64,000 nucleotides of DNA from NCBI GenBank assembly GCA_950097015.1, contig CATNEN010000033.1, positions 2,356,001 through 2,420,000 of the forward strand, written 5' to 3'. The translations under genes and the position numbers were made by a program. The notes under the pieces are model-generated. The model had not been told where the DNA came from and ran no database searches. It worked only from the letters and a program-made list of their open reading frames with translations. Numbering within the stretch: the stretch's first letter is position 1; each line of letters starts with the position of its first letter. The DNA is from Macrostomum hystrix. Taxonomy: Eukaryota > Animalia > Platyhelminthes. Below, one piece after another: positions 48,390 to 61,554 of the stretch.

Positions 48390-51034
48390 TGAGTGCAGGT
48401 GTGTGGTGAATGAGAACAGGCGTGTGGTGAATGAGTGCAGGTGTGTTGTGAATGAGTGCAGGCGTGTGGTGAATGAGTACAGGTGTGTTGTGAATGAGTG
48501 CAGGTGTGTTGTGAATGAGTGCAGGTGTGTTGTGAATGAGTGCAGGCGTGTGGTGAATGAGTACAGGTGTGTTGTGAATGAGTGCAGGTGTGTTGTGAAT
48601 GAGTGCAGGTGTGTTGTGAATGAGTGCAGGCGTGTGGTGAATGAGTGCAGGTGTGTTGTGAATGAGTGCAGGTGTGTTGTGAATGAGTGCAGGTGTGTTG
48701 TGAATGAGTGCAGGCGTGTGGTGAATGAGTACAGGTGTGTTGTGAATGAGTGCAGGTGTGTTGTGAATGAGTGCAGGTGTGTGGTGAATGAGTACAGGTG
48801 TGTGGTGAATGAGTGCAGGTGTGTTGTGAATGAGTGCAGGCGTGTGGTTAATTAGTGCAGGTGTGTTGTGAATGAGTGCAGGCGTGTGGTGAATGAGTGC
48901 AGGTGTGTTGTGAATGAGTGCAGGTGTGTTGTGAATGAGTGCAGGTGTGTTGTGAATGAGTGCAGGTGTGTTGTGAATGAGTGCAGGTGTGTGGTGAATG
49001 AGTGCAGGTGTGTTGTGAATGAGTGCAGGTGTGTGGTGAATGAGTGCAGGTGTGTTGTGAATGAGTGCAGGCGTGTTGTGAATGAGTGCAGGTGTGTTGT
49101 GAATGAGTGCAGTCGTGTGGTGAATGAGTGCAGGCGTGTGGTGAATGAGTACAGGTGTGTTGTGAATGAGTGCAGGCGTGTGGTGAATGAGTGCAGGCGT
49201 GTGGTAAATGAGTGTAGGCGTGTGGTGAATGAGTGCAGGTGTGTGGTGAATGAGTGCAGGCGTGTGGTGAATGAGTGCAGGCGTGTGGTGAATGAGTACA
49301 GGCGTGTGGTGAATGAGTGCATGCGTGTGGTGAATGAGTACAGGTGTGTTGTGAATGAGTGCAGGCGTGTGGTGAATGAGTGCAGGCGTGTGGTGAATGA
49401 GTACAGGTGTGTTGTGAATGAGTGCAGGTGTGTCATGAATGTGTGCAGGTGTGTTGTGAATGAGTGCAGGCGTGTGGTGAATGAGTACAGGTGTGTTGTG
49501 AATGAGTGCAGGCGTGTGGTGAATGAGTGCAGGCGTGTGGTGAATGAGTGCAGGCGTGTGGTGAATGAGTGCAGGTGTGTGGTGAATGAGTGCAGGTGTG
49601 TGGTGAATGAGTGCAGGTGTGTGGTGAATGAGTGCAGGTGTGTGGTGAATGAGTGCAGGTGTGTTGTGAAGGAGTGCAGGTGTGTGGTGAATGAGTGCAG
49701 GCGTGTGGTGAATGAGTGCAGGTGTGTTGTGAATGAGTGCAGGTGTGTGGTGAATGAGTGCAGGCGTGTGGTGAATGAGTGCAGGTGTGTTGTGAATGAG
49801 TGCAGGTGTGTGGTGAATGAGTGCAGGTGTGTGGTGAATGAGTGCAGGTGTGTTGTGAATGAGTGCAGGTGTGTTGTGAATGAGTGCAGGTGTGTGGTGA
49901 ATGAGTGCAGGTGTGTCGTGAATGAGTGCAGGTGTGTGGTGAATGAGTGCAGGTGTGTTGTGAATGAGTGCAGGTGTGTGGTGAATGAGTGCAGGTGTGT
50001 GGTGAATGAGTGCAGGTGTGTTGTGAATGAGTGCAGGTGTGTGGTGAATGAGTGCAGGTGTGTTGTGAATGAGTGCAGGTGTGTGGTGAATGAGTGCAGG
50101 TGTGTTGTGAATGAGTGCAGGTGTGTGGTGAATGAGTGCAGGTGTGTTGTGAATGAGTGCAGGTGTGTGGTGAATGAGTGCAGGTGTGTTGTGAATGAGT
50201 GCAGGTGTGTGGTGAATGAGTGCAGGCGTGTGGTGAATGAGTACAGGTGTGTTGTGAATGAGTGCAGGCGTGTGGTGAATGAGTGCAGGCGTGTGGTGAA
50301 TGAGTACAGGTGTGTTGTGAATGAGTGCAGGCGTGTGGTGAATGAGTGCAGGTGTGTTGTGAATGAGTGCAGGTGTGTGGTGAATGAGTGCAGGTGTGTT
50401 GTGAATGAGTGCAGGTGTGTGGTGAATGAGTGCAGGTGTGTTGTGAATGAGTGCAGGTGTGTGGTGAATGAGTGCAGGCGTGTGGTGAATGAGTACAGGT
50501 GTGTTGTGAATGAGTGCAGGCGTGTGGTGAATGAGTGCAGGCGTGTGGTGAATGAGTACAGGTGTGTTGTGAATGAGTGCAGGTGTGTGGTGAATGAGTG
50601 CAGGTGTGTTGTGAATGAGTGCAGGTGTGTGGTGAATGAGTGCAGGTTTGTGGTGAATGAGTGCAGGTGTGTGGTGAATGAGTGCAGGCGTGTGGTGAAT
50701 GAGTACAGGTGTGTTGTGAATGAGTGCAGGCGTGTGGTGAATGAGTACAGGTGTGTTGTGAATGAGTGCAGGCGTGTGGTGAATGAGTGCAGGCGTGTGG
50801 TGAATGAGTACAGGTGTGTTGTGAATGAGTGCAGGTGTGTGGTGAATGAGTACAGGCGTGTTGTGAATGAGTGCAGGTGTGTGGTGAATGAGTACAGGTG
50901 TGTTGTGAATGAGTGCAGGCGTGTGGTGAATGAGTGCAGGCGTGTGGTGAATGAGTGTAGGCGTGTGGTGAATGAGTGCAGGTGTGTGGTGAATGAGTGT
51001 AGGCGTGTGGTGAATGAGTGCAGGTGTGTGGTGA
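48390..51034. repeat. 21-bp minisatellite TGTGGTGAATGAGTGCAGG[T/C]G
   Basis: About 126 copies. Confidence 0.97.
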
Positions 51035-51499
51035 CACACTTTTACAACCAGCTTTAATTGTCCAAAACCTATTTTTTTGCCTTTCTGGATTCCTGGGGCT
51101 TTTATATTGTTGTAACCGGAAAATACAAAAACGCAAGTTGAAATCCTTTGCATTGCCTTACTGATTGCTTTATTCGTATCCGGACGAGAAAATTCAATAC
51201 GCGTCTCAACCATTTGCAAACCAATGTTCTTTACATCATTAGCTTCTAAGTTGATCTCTAATACTTCAACTGTTTCCTGACTAATCACAGACGAAATGTT
51301 CTTCTTCTTGACTTTGAAATTCAAGGTTCAGCTCAAAGTTGCTCAAAGTTCAAAGCTTCGCTCCCTTGAATATAATCTGTTTATGCGTGCCCATAGCGTG
51401 TTGCGCTGACGAATGCGGTTGCGCATTCGCAGACGGCGAAAGAAGTGATTCGAAGAAGGGCGTCGATCTTCGAAAGTCCGTCGGCCGTGGAAAGGCTTC

Positions 51500-51735
51500 C
51501 GCTGCTTGACGAATCAAAGCCTGTGTGCCGGCCGCGCCGCTCGTTCCACTGCCAGGTCGACCCTGCCGGTTGACGAACTGGCCGCTGATTGGCCCGGCCC
51601 GGGGTGTCGCGCTTAAGTAGGGTCGCATCAGATTGGCTAGCCGTCTTCCTATTGGCTGGACCCACCAGACCGGGGTTGGTCCGATGCCTTGGCTGTAGAG
51701 CAGGGTGATCGGCCGGTCGCGTGCGTAGGCCTGGC
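51500..51735. promoter_or_regulatory. GC-rich, CpG-rich promoter-like segment
   Basis: Three ATTGG boxes (about 51589, 51632, 51651), GCGCATGC; no target gene established. Confidence 0.3.
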
Positions 51736-53854
51736 TGGGGCGCGCATGCACTAACAACTAACCTATAACATACGTTATAATAATTCGTTAATATTGACGT
51801 CGCGAATAAGTTACTTCAAGTAGAAATATACGCATTATACGAGTATAATAAACATGCTGACACTACACTTCTGATTATGAGAGTGGCCCTCTCCGCCGCG
51901 CCCGAGTAATATTTTGGTATAAAAAACTCACCTCTTCGACAGATGGCAGACAACTACTTGTACTCGTATTATGTACAGACGAACAAAGCAAAAAAGCATT
52001 AAAAAACGCACTTCACTAGCCAGATAAAAACTAACTGTAGTAATATTAAAAATTAACACAGAACAATAATCCGTACAGCCAAATCGCAGATTCACTTTCA
52101 ACGCTATTTCGCAGGAGAAAACTTCCTGCGATAGACAGAATTTATAGACAAAGGCAAGGAGGAGGTCAGGGACTTTATACTCGCATAAATCTAAAAAGGA
52201 CAGGGGAGGTTTCTCGAAACCAACTTAGGAAAGACCATAGACGTGTCTATAGTGTTTAGTGTCATGTATGTGAAATGTCTGTCACCCAGAATGTCTATCA
52301 GGGTGTCTTTGACATGGAAGCCAAGTCACGATTTCAGCCATAGACAGTTCTTTTCGCTTCTGCTCAACTTACGCACAGCCTAAGTTGCGCAAAAGAAAAG
52401 ATGGCTTTGGGAAATGTTCTTACGAACACACTTAGGGTCTGCGCAAATTCCGGACTTACGGGGGATCTTACCATAGATCTTATGACACTTTCGAGAACCC
52501 CCCCAGGGCTCTATAGCCTCCGACATCTTGTCTGCGCCCATAGACTACCAGTAGAGCCTCAGTCTCTTCTCTTTTCCTTTTTTAAGAGAAAGACAGGAGC
52601 CTCGAAACTCCAGACTTTGTGCGTGAACTAAAGTGTTAAGTTCGCACCAATCGATAATTCGATAGTGGTGGCCTCGTAGAACTTTTAAGAGGTTTGTTTT
52701 TCTTTCGACTCACCAACAAAGCGTTTGTGTCTTGCGTGTCATACGACCGATGGTGCTAGGGACGATTGGGAAGCTAAGAATTAAAAGGCCTCATTCTGTA
52801 CCAGTAAGCGCCAGAGTGTTTGTTATATTTCGAATATAATTCTGAATATGTACCGGGGAACCATTACATGATAAATGATACAATCCGATAAATTTAAAAC
52901 TACACGTGACAGTATTACAAAACAGTTATACTACAGTGATCCTTGGGTTCATATTTATGATATCGGATGTATCCTGGTTAAATAAAATCTTTCAGCTTGT
53001 TAATTCAGGGTCACCATGAATATTTATTTCCTCAGACAGACAGGCAGAAGCTGACAGACACGTATGCAGTCTTCCATTTAGCCAATAATTCTCAGTTATT
53101 CAGTGAATTTCACTTCGAAGCGAGCAAATAAAGTTTACGTTAATTCAACGCAAACAAAATGGAAAACGACACGGTCTGCAGCCAGTCGATGCAAAACACG
53201 CTGTAGATTTTGCAAACAGTCAAAAATGAGAGCGCTTCCTGCCAGAACAATAGAATGTACACAATTGTGTTTGAATAGCTATAATTTTTGGTGGGAACTG
53301 AAATGCTTTTCCTGACAATCATTCACTATAGCTTTCCTCCACTCTTGGTTGCCTTGTGCAGCTTTCCATACGGGATTGCATTCCCTTTGCTCTGCTTCCC
53401 TTTATTGTTTATCCCACTAGTCGATAGCGTTTTTAAAGGATTTGCTTGTTTAAAAATGATTAAAAATATTATTAAATATGAAAAAATGGCAGCAATGTGC
53501 ATCAATTTGCGGAATCCGCATTTTAATAGTGGATGCTGCTTGCCGACATGCTTAGCAGTGCCCTTGCAGAGGAGTGAGGGCAAATCACAAATCAAATATA
53601 GTAACTTAGATTCATTTGATAACTAGTTTCTGGATAATCGAAATTTTCGAATTTTTCCTTAAGATTTCAAATACATGAATGAATAAATATATATACCTGC
53701 ATCATATTTTGATATTGTAAAAAATATAACAGTTTAAGATTTACAATCTCGTAATCTTAAACTGATTCAAAGCAAATAAGTCATGCAAGGACTTAAGCCA
53801 GGACAAGGACAAGGACCTAGTAGGGTAGCAACCGGGACTCTGGAATTACTGGGC

Positions 53855-54699
53855 AGGTCTGGAGTCACCGGGAAGGTCTGGAGTCACAGGGAAGGTTTGG
53901 AGTCACCGGGAAGGTTTGGAGTCACCGGGAAGGTTTGGAGTCACAGGGAAGGTTTGGAGTCACAGGGAAGGTCAGGAATCACAGGTCAGGAATCACAGGT
54001 CAGGAATCACCGGTCAGGAATCACAGGTCAGGAATCACAGGTCAGGAATCACAGGTCAGGAATCACAGGTCAGGAATCACAGGTCAGGAATCACAGGTCA
54101 GGAATCACAGGTCAGGAATCACAGGTCAGGAATCACAGGTCAGGAATCACAGGTCAGGAATCACAGGTCAGGAATCACAGGTCAGGAATCACAGGTCAGG
54201 AATCACAGGTCAGGAATCACAGGTCAGGAATCACAGGTCAGGAATCACAGGTCAGGAATCACAGGTCAGGAATCACAGGTCAGGAATCACAGGTCAGGAA
54301 TCACAGGTCAGGAATCACAGGTCAGGAATCACAGGCTATGAATCACAGGTCAGGAATCACAGGTCAGGAATCACAGGCCAGGAATCACAGGTCAGGAATC
54401 ACAGGTCAGGAATCACAGGTCAGGAATCACAGGTCAGGAATCACAGGTCAGGAATCACAGGTCAGGAATCACAGGCCAGGAATCACAGGCCAGGAATCAC
54501 AGGTCAGGAATCACAGGGTAGGAATCACAGGTCAGGAATCACAGGTCAGGAATCACAGGGTAGGAATCACAGGTCAGGAATCACAGGTCAGGAATCACAG
54601 GTCAGGAATCACAGGCCAGGAATCACAGGTCAGGAATCACAGGTCAGGAATCACAGGTCAGGAATCACAGGTCAGGAATCACAGGTCAGGAATCACAGG
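53855..54699. repeat. 19-bp array (GGT[T/C]TGGAGTCAC[A/C]GGGAA) grading into a 14-bp array (GGTCAGGAATCACA)
   Basis: About 6 plus 52 units; junction near 53970. Confidence 0.96.
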
Positions 54700-55310
54700 G
54701 GAGAGTAGAAACCCAGCACCGATCAAGGGTCTCGAACAAGTTTCATGGCTAGACTAAAGAGCGGTTATGTAAATTTGCTAATAATAAAATTGCTTAGCTT
54801 AGTGGATGCCATGCAAAGTACAAGACATTTTTTGTTCTGGATGCACAAGCAGTTTTGTTAGGCCTTCTAAATTATTTATACTGACAGCGCTATTCATTGC
54901 CCAGCAATAAAGGAGCTTTACAGTTGTGCTTTAAAGATTCTATCAAGTACATGAGAGCCCGATCAACCTGTGGCTCTAGATCACAAGCGACGAATGTGTG
55001 GCAACTGGTTCCCGGAATAAAAATGTGACATTCACTATGCTGAAAATCTGGTGTGGCTCTTGGTACTAAATACCAATGGATTTTTGCTTCCGTGTTTATG
55101 ATAATTGATGCTAACTGCCGGTCCTTAACTAATGAGAAATCGTACCCCACAGTATTATTGTATCTACCTTATAAAGTTTGGACCTGGTAATTTCGGCCAA
55201 AATTTACGTTCATTGCTACACAGCCCCTGTTTGTTGGTATGCAGCCATATACAGGAGCCCCGATAGCTTTACTAAATTAAGCCCTAATTGCTGCAGTTTT
55301 TATTGGCACC

Positions 55311-55653
55311 GTCTGTCTGTCTGTCTGTATGTCTGTATGTCTGTCTGTATGTCTGTCTGTATGTCTGTCTGTATGTCTGTCTGTATGTCTGTCTGTCTAT
55401 CTGTCTGTATGTCTGTCTGTATGTCTGTCTGTATGTCTGTCTGCATGTCTGTCTGTATGTCTATCTGTCTGTATGTCTGTCTGTATGTCTGTCTGTATGT
55501 CTGTCTGTATGTCTGTCTGTCTATCTGTCTGTATGTCTGTCTGTCTGTCTGTCTGTCTGTATGTCTGTATGTCTGTCTGTATGTCTGTCTGTATGTCTGT
55601 CTGTCTATCTGTCTGTATGTCTGTCTGTATGTCTGTCTGTATGTCTGTCTGTA

Positions 55654-55712
<59 letters not shown>

Positions 55713-56121
55713 ATGTCTGTCTGTCTATCTGTCTGTATGTCTGTCTGTCTATCTGTCTGTATGTCTGTCTGTCTATCTGTCTGTATGTCTGTCTGTATGT
55801 CTGTCTGTATGTCTGTCTGTATGTCTGTCTGTCTGTCTGTATGTCTGTCTGTCTGTCTGTATGTCTGTCTGTATGTCTGTCTGTATGTCTGTCTGTCTAT
55901 CTGTCTGTATGTCTGTCTGTATGTCTGTCTGTATGTCTGTCTGTATGTCTGTCTGTCTGTCTGTATGTCTGTCTGTCTGTCTGTCTATCTGTCTGTATGT
56001 CTGTCTGTATGTCTGTCTGTATGTCTGTCTGTATGTCTGTCTGTCTGTCTGTATGTCTGTCTGTCTGTCTGTATGTCTGTCTGTATGTCTGTCTGTATGT
56101 CTGTCTGTCTATCTGTCTGTA

Positions 56122-56168
<47 letters not shown>

Positions 56169-56181
56169 ATGTCTGTCTGTA

Positions 56182-56236
<55 letters not shown>

Positions 56237-56249
56237 ATGTCTGTCTGTA

Positions 56250-56304
<55 letters not shown>

Positions 56305-56305
56305 A

Positions 56306-56360
<55 letters not shown>

Positions 56361-56447
56361 ATGTCTGTCTGTATGTCTGTCTGTCTATCTGTCTGTCTAT
56401 CTGTCTGTCTGTCTGTCGGTCTGTATGTCTGTCTGTATATCTGTCTG
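55311..56447. repeat. (TCTG/TATG)n compound tetranucleotide microsatellite
   Basis: Direct reading. Confidence 0.97.
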
Positions 56448-57179
56448 TTGGTAGTGTGGGTATTAAGCGGACTAATATTTGAAAGGATTTCGCAGTTTTC
56501 AAAAGCTTCAGTGGCACGTGAATTCGATAATAATTTCGCGGTGCTGAAATAATTTAGTGATGTCCGCACAAAATGCCACAGCATTATTAGGCTGCCGGAC
56601 AAGGAAATTAATCAGGGATGAAAGAAAATTCTGTTGAGTTTCAGCCAGACCGAATTAAGTGGCTAATTGGCACCGCGGGGCTTAGCTACCGCCGACCGGA
56701 TTCCAAGCCTTTCATCCCGTCCATTTGCTAAATCTCCTACCGGCCTCACCAGGTTGCAAGATGAAGCACATTGCGGCAATCTTTTATGTCTCTACCCTCA
56801 CGATCCGCTGTTCCCACAATGCATCAGTACAATCCCGCCTTGCATTCCCTGGCTCAAGGGGGAGATCTGGCAAACTCCCACGGGTGAGGAAATTGCTTCT
56901 GAAGAGCCTTGCCTGCTTGATGCTGGCCGACAAATTCATTGGTCGGTAAGAATATTTCCATTCAAATTCGGCAAGCATTTCCCAAAAATCGTGTATCCGT
57001 ATCAAAGAGGGATAATGTTCTCTCTCAAATCTGGTTTCCAAACTAGTGATCTCTGATCATTTAGAATTTTCCAGTCCTTAATGTACAAGTGATTTGAGAT
57101 TCTAGTTGCCCAGAACACCTTTCGCTGTATTGCATAGTGAATAGCGTAGTCTCTGACTGCTTTATTGTTGGACCATCCA

Positions 57180-58252
57180 CCCACTCCCTTTCTAGCTGAT
57201 TTGCTGACTAGTTTATGCTTAAACTACCCACCCCACTCCCTTTCTAGCTGATTTGCTGACTAGTTCATGCTTTAACTACCCACCCCACTCCCTTTCTAGC
57301 TGATTTGCTGACTAGTTCATGCTTTAACTACCTACCCCACTCCCTTTCTAGCTGATTTGCTGACTAGTTCATGCTTAAACTACCCACCCCACTCCCTTTC
57401 TAGCTGATTTGCTGACTAGTTCATACTTAAACTACCTACCCCACTCCCTTTCTAGCTGATTTGCTGACTAGTTTATGCTTAAACTACCTACCCCACTCCC
57501 TTTCTAGCTGATTTGCTGACTAGTTTATGCTTAAACTACCCACCCCACTCCCTTTCTAGCTGATTTGCTGACTAGTTTATGCTTAAACTACCCACCCCAC
57601 TCCCTTTCTAGCTGATTTGCTGACTAGTTTATGCTTAAACTACCCACCCCACTCCCTTTCTAGCTGATTTGCTGACTAGTTCATGCTTAAACTACCTACC
57701 CCACTCCCTTTCTAGCTGATTTGCTGACTAGTTCATACTTAAACTACCTACCCCACTCCCTTTCTAGCTGATTTGCTGACTAGTTTATGCTTAAACTACC
57801 TACCCCACTCCCTTTCTAGCTGATTTGCTGACTAGTTTATGCTTAAACTACCCACCCCACTCCCTTTCTAGCTGATTTGCTGACTAGTTCATGCTTTAAC
57901 TACCCACCCCACTCCCTTTCTAGCTGATTTGCTGACTAGTTTATGCTTAAACTACCCACCCCACTCCCTTTCTAGCTGATTTGCTGACTAGTTCATGCTT
58001 TAACTACCCACCCCACTCCCTTTCTAGCTGATTTGCTGACTAGTTCATACTTAAACTACCTACCCCACTCCCTTTCTAGCTGATTTGCTGACTAGTTTAT
58101 GCTTAAACTACCTACCCCACTCCCTTTCTAGCTGATTTGCTGACTAGTTCATGCTTAAACTACCCACCCCACTCCCTTTCTAGCTGATTTGCTGACTAGT
58201 TCATGCTTTAACTACCCACCCCACTCCCTTTCTAGCGGATTTGCTGACTAGT
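57180..58252. repeat. 52-bp minisatellite CTACC[C/T]ACCCCACTCCCTTTCTAGCTGATTTGCTGACTAGTT[T/C]ATGCTTAAA
   Basis: About 20.6 copies. Confidence 0.97.
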
Positions 58253-58789
58253 TTTCATTTTGGCTAACCATCTCACTCCAACTGTAACCAATTTGGTTTT
58301 CTAGTTTTAGTTTCGCTACCCACCCCACTACTTTTCCAGCCGATTGGCTGTCTAGTCTATTGATTGACCACCCACCCCTCTCCCTTCCTATTTTAATCAA
58401 AAGACTTTTTGATTGGCTTACAACACTTTCTTTCCAGTCGAATCCGATCAACACCTCGTCTGGTCACTCAGTATTCTCTAGTACCAATCTCTGAGTAAAT
58501 TTAGTCATCGGAGAATGCCAGAAATTGACCATGGTAATCCGTCAAAACATCATTACAAGAAAAAAATGCACTATTTCTCTGGGATGTTGCTACGCACCGG
58601 TGAGGTCTGCTATACGTAGGATAGAAGAGAAATTTTGAAGCCAAAGATGCTCAGTCCACTCGCCTGCCCCCGTCGGAATACATTGCCTAAGGCGCCATTG
58701 TACTAGGGGAAACATGATTAGGAATTCAGCAATTCATTTGCGTGTCAGGTCATGCTAGCCAAATCTCTCATCATTTATATTATGTGAAT

Positions 58790-58816
58790 GCTGCTGCTGC
58801 TGCTGCTGCTGCTGCT
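58790..58816. repeat. (CTG)9 microsatellite
   Basis: Direct reading. Confidence 0.85.
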
Positions 58817-59759
58817 TCTCAATCCACCTGCCGTCTACTTTGAAGATCAAGAGTTCAATAATGTTGAAGCCCCTCAATTGGCAATCAAGAAACAAGTATT
58901 TGCCATTAGAGTTGAAAATCAGTTATTCAGCCATCGATAATCTAAGATTAAAAAGTTCTCTTCATAGCATTATAAATGGAGAGGTTTCAATGCAAATTTT
59001 AGTGCTATCTGGACAGAAATTTGAGCAGCCTTCAGAACAGCGAGCATTTTTAAATAAGTTCACTCCATGACTATGGGTTGCACCTCATGTGAAATCCCTT
59101 CAATCACCTGTAGCAGAAATTCATTTTTTTCATTTTTAGCATTTAGTTCTAACCGTGACCAACAATTCTTCATTCGTTTTTCTCAAAAGAATCCCAAAAA
59201 TCCATGGGAATTATGTTGAGGATTAAGAAACTGTCACTTTACAAATCACGGCGCGCAGACCTGACCTTGAGCACGGCTGAGCTGAGCAGAAAATCCCCGG
59301 ATAAACAGCGGCAATTACAAGTTGCGGGCTGTGGAGATGCCGCATTGGAGGGGGGCAAATTATAGTGCTCGTGAGCAGAGCGCAGTTGTGAAGACAAGCC
59401 GACACAGGGAAAAAACAATGGAGGATGATCGAGCTCGCGACCTCGCATCACGTGCTCCGCGAGAACGCCCACCTGCGCAGCCATCCTCCGCCCACGCACG
59501 ACTCGGTGATTTTCGAAGCCTCATTTCTCGCCGTGCGTCCTCTTCGGCTCCTGACCGCGTCATTGGCTGGCTCCTCGTTGATCAGCGCAGCCAACCCCAG
59601 CCCAGCCAGCCAGTCACAGCCGTGCTGCCTGGCTTTGTGGGGGGAGCTACTCATAGGGAGCTGCCTGAACAGGCTAAATGCACCCGCGAGACAGCCGCAC
59701 AGTTCCAACCGGCTTGAAATTTCAGCTGCCACTGACAACAGCCCAGCCTCGATAGAAAG

Positions 59760-60920
59760 ATGAGCAATTCTTCCAGCTCGCAGGACCTGCCCAGGCAGAT
59801 TCGCTACTTCGGGATGGCGTACTTCCCAGCCTTGATGCTGATCGGCTGTCTATCCAACATCATGGTCATCCGCGTCATGCGCCGCACCCGCGGCATGTCA
59901 AAGTCCAGGGACGTGTTCACACTGCTGGCCGTGGCTGACACCTGCGTGCTATTGGTTAATCCCAGCCGCTATTTTGTACAGCTGGCCACAAACTACGACT
60001 TCCGGCTGTACACGGATGCCGCCTGTGTTGTGCACACTTTTCTCACCTACTTTCTCAAGGAGGCAGCCACCTGGATATTGGTTCTCATGACTCTGGAACG
60101 CTTTCTATTCGCGAAATGGCCTCACAAGTCAAGCTTGTTCTACAGGAGGCGCAGCAAGCTGGTGCTCTGGTCCTGCTCTCTGCTGGCCCTGCTGGCCAAG
60201 AATGTTGTCCTCATCTTCAAGCTGGGCGTCATCCCCAGTTCGGAGGGCAGCAGCGCCAAAAATTGCGATACCGGTGATCAGAACTTTCGGCTAGCATTCT
60301 TCATCACGACCCTGAGCCTGTACAGCCTCATACCGTTCGTGCTGCTCACCGTATTCAACGTGACCCTCATCCGCATCATCGCCAGGGCCAATCGGCGCCG
60401 TCAGCAGATGTCGATGACCACCTGCAATCGTCAGAACCAGCAGCAGCATCAGCAGCATCAGCAGCAGCAGCAGGCTCTCCGTCACAAGACCAGCACAGCT
60501 TCACAGCGGCCCTCGAATGTCTCCGGGACCCACGTGAACCGCCTGCTAGTGCCAGTGTGCATCATGCATATCCTGCTCACCATGCCGCAGTGTGTCTTTG
60601 AGATCATCGAGACCATCTATAAGCTCAAATCGGACCCCAGCCAACGGGGTAGAACGTACACCGTGGGGCTGTCGCTCGTCATGCTGGCCTCACTGAACAA
60701 TGGCATCAACGGCTTCGTGTACTTTTTCAGCTCGGAAAATTTTCGCAAGAACTTCTGCCAGATATTTCACCGGGGCGTTGAATCGGGCGGCAGCGGGGGC
60801 GCCGCCTTCTGCCGCTCGACTGGCCGAAACTGCCATCGTCAGGGCGGGCTGGCGCAGCCGCAGCCACGGCCGATGCGACCCGTGATTGCAGCGGGTATTG
60901 ATGAAGGCATTGAGCCTTGA
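59760..60920 (+). CDS. Class A (rhodopsin-like) GPCR, probable peptide receptor, single exon, 386 aa
   Basis: Seven hydrophobic segments; GxxxN TM1, LAVAD TM2, LERF TM3, LTMP TM6, NNGINGFVY TM7; Cys after TM2 and in ECL2. Confidence 0.93.
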   Translation: MSNSSSSQDLPRQIRYFGMAYFPALMLIGCLSNIMVIRVMRRTRGMSKSRDVFTLLAVADTCVLLVNPSRYFVQLATNYDFRLYTDAACVVHTFLTYFLKEAATWILVLMTLERFLFAKWPHKSSLFYRRRSKLVLWSCSLLALLAKNVVLIFKLGVIPSSEGSSAKNCDTGDQNFRLAFFITTLSLYSLIPFVLLTVFNVTLIRIIARANRRRQQMSMTTCNRQNQQQHQQHQQQQQALRHKTSTASQRPSNVSGTHVNRLLVPVCIMHILLTMPQCVFEIIETIYKLKSDPSQRGRTYTVGLSLVMLASLNNGINGFVYFFSSENFRKNFCQIFHRGVESGGSGGAAFCRSTGRNCHRQGGLAQPQPRPMRPVIAAGIDEGIEP

Positions 60921-61554
60921 GCCACGCATGGCACTGCAAACATTAATCTTTTTATCAACTTGCTGTTTTACTGCCTACTAGTCCAAAATTCACGGTCTAA
61001 TTTCTATCTGTAGGCTCTGTAGCAAGCCATGCCGCACTGCATATGCTGTGTTGTAAATGCTTTTCACTGCCCTGCGATACTAATCCTGAGCTTGTGCGTC
61101 AGATTTAGTAAAAAAATACATTACTCTGGAGTGAGTGAATATTATCACTAACCGTTCTTGATGCCTCATTCGAAGTTCTGTCCGAATCCGTGAAGCTCTC
61201 GCCATTTTCTTTTTGATGCAGTTCAATCTATAATGAATGACGAGCTTGGTCGCGACACAAAGAAGCTGAGCTGCACTGCAAAGCTCTGGTCAGTCAGTGG
61301 AGGATATGTCAGGAATTCTACTCAAAACTGGAGTACTGGACTCACTGGAACTAATCAAATTACTATCCGGATCTTCAATGGGTACTGCGGCTGTGCTAGT
61401 TCTCCGCTGCACAAGTTTGACAGAAAATATCTGAGGGTTTCTGGATCTAGAACGCATTCTATGGTTCTATCAAGCCATCCTTCAATCTGCCTTGAAGGAT
61501 GATTGAACAAAAAACATTCTTTAACAATAAATCTAAATCCAGATTTGGACTTGG

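Noticed and set aside
54890-57184. Short ORFs at 54890-55150 and 56667-57184 as decayed transposase or host exons
   Set aside because: No recognisable motif, frequent stops, no consistent splice pattern; a translated homology search would be needed
964-58252. CRISPR-like arrays
   Set aside because: Units are contiguous with no unique spacers; no cas genes; the context is eukaryotic with spliced genes
60700-60725. GPCR TM7 NGFVY instead of NPxxY as a novelty
   Set aside because: Loss of this Pro is common in invertebrate peptide-receptor families
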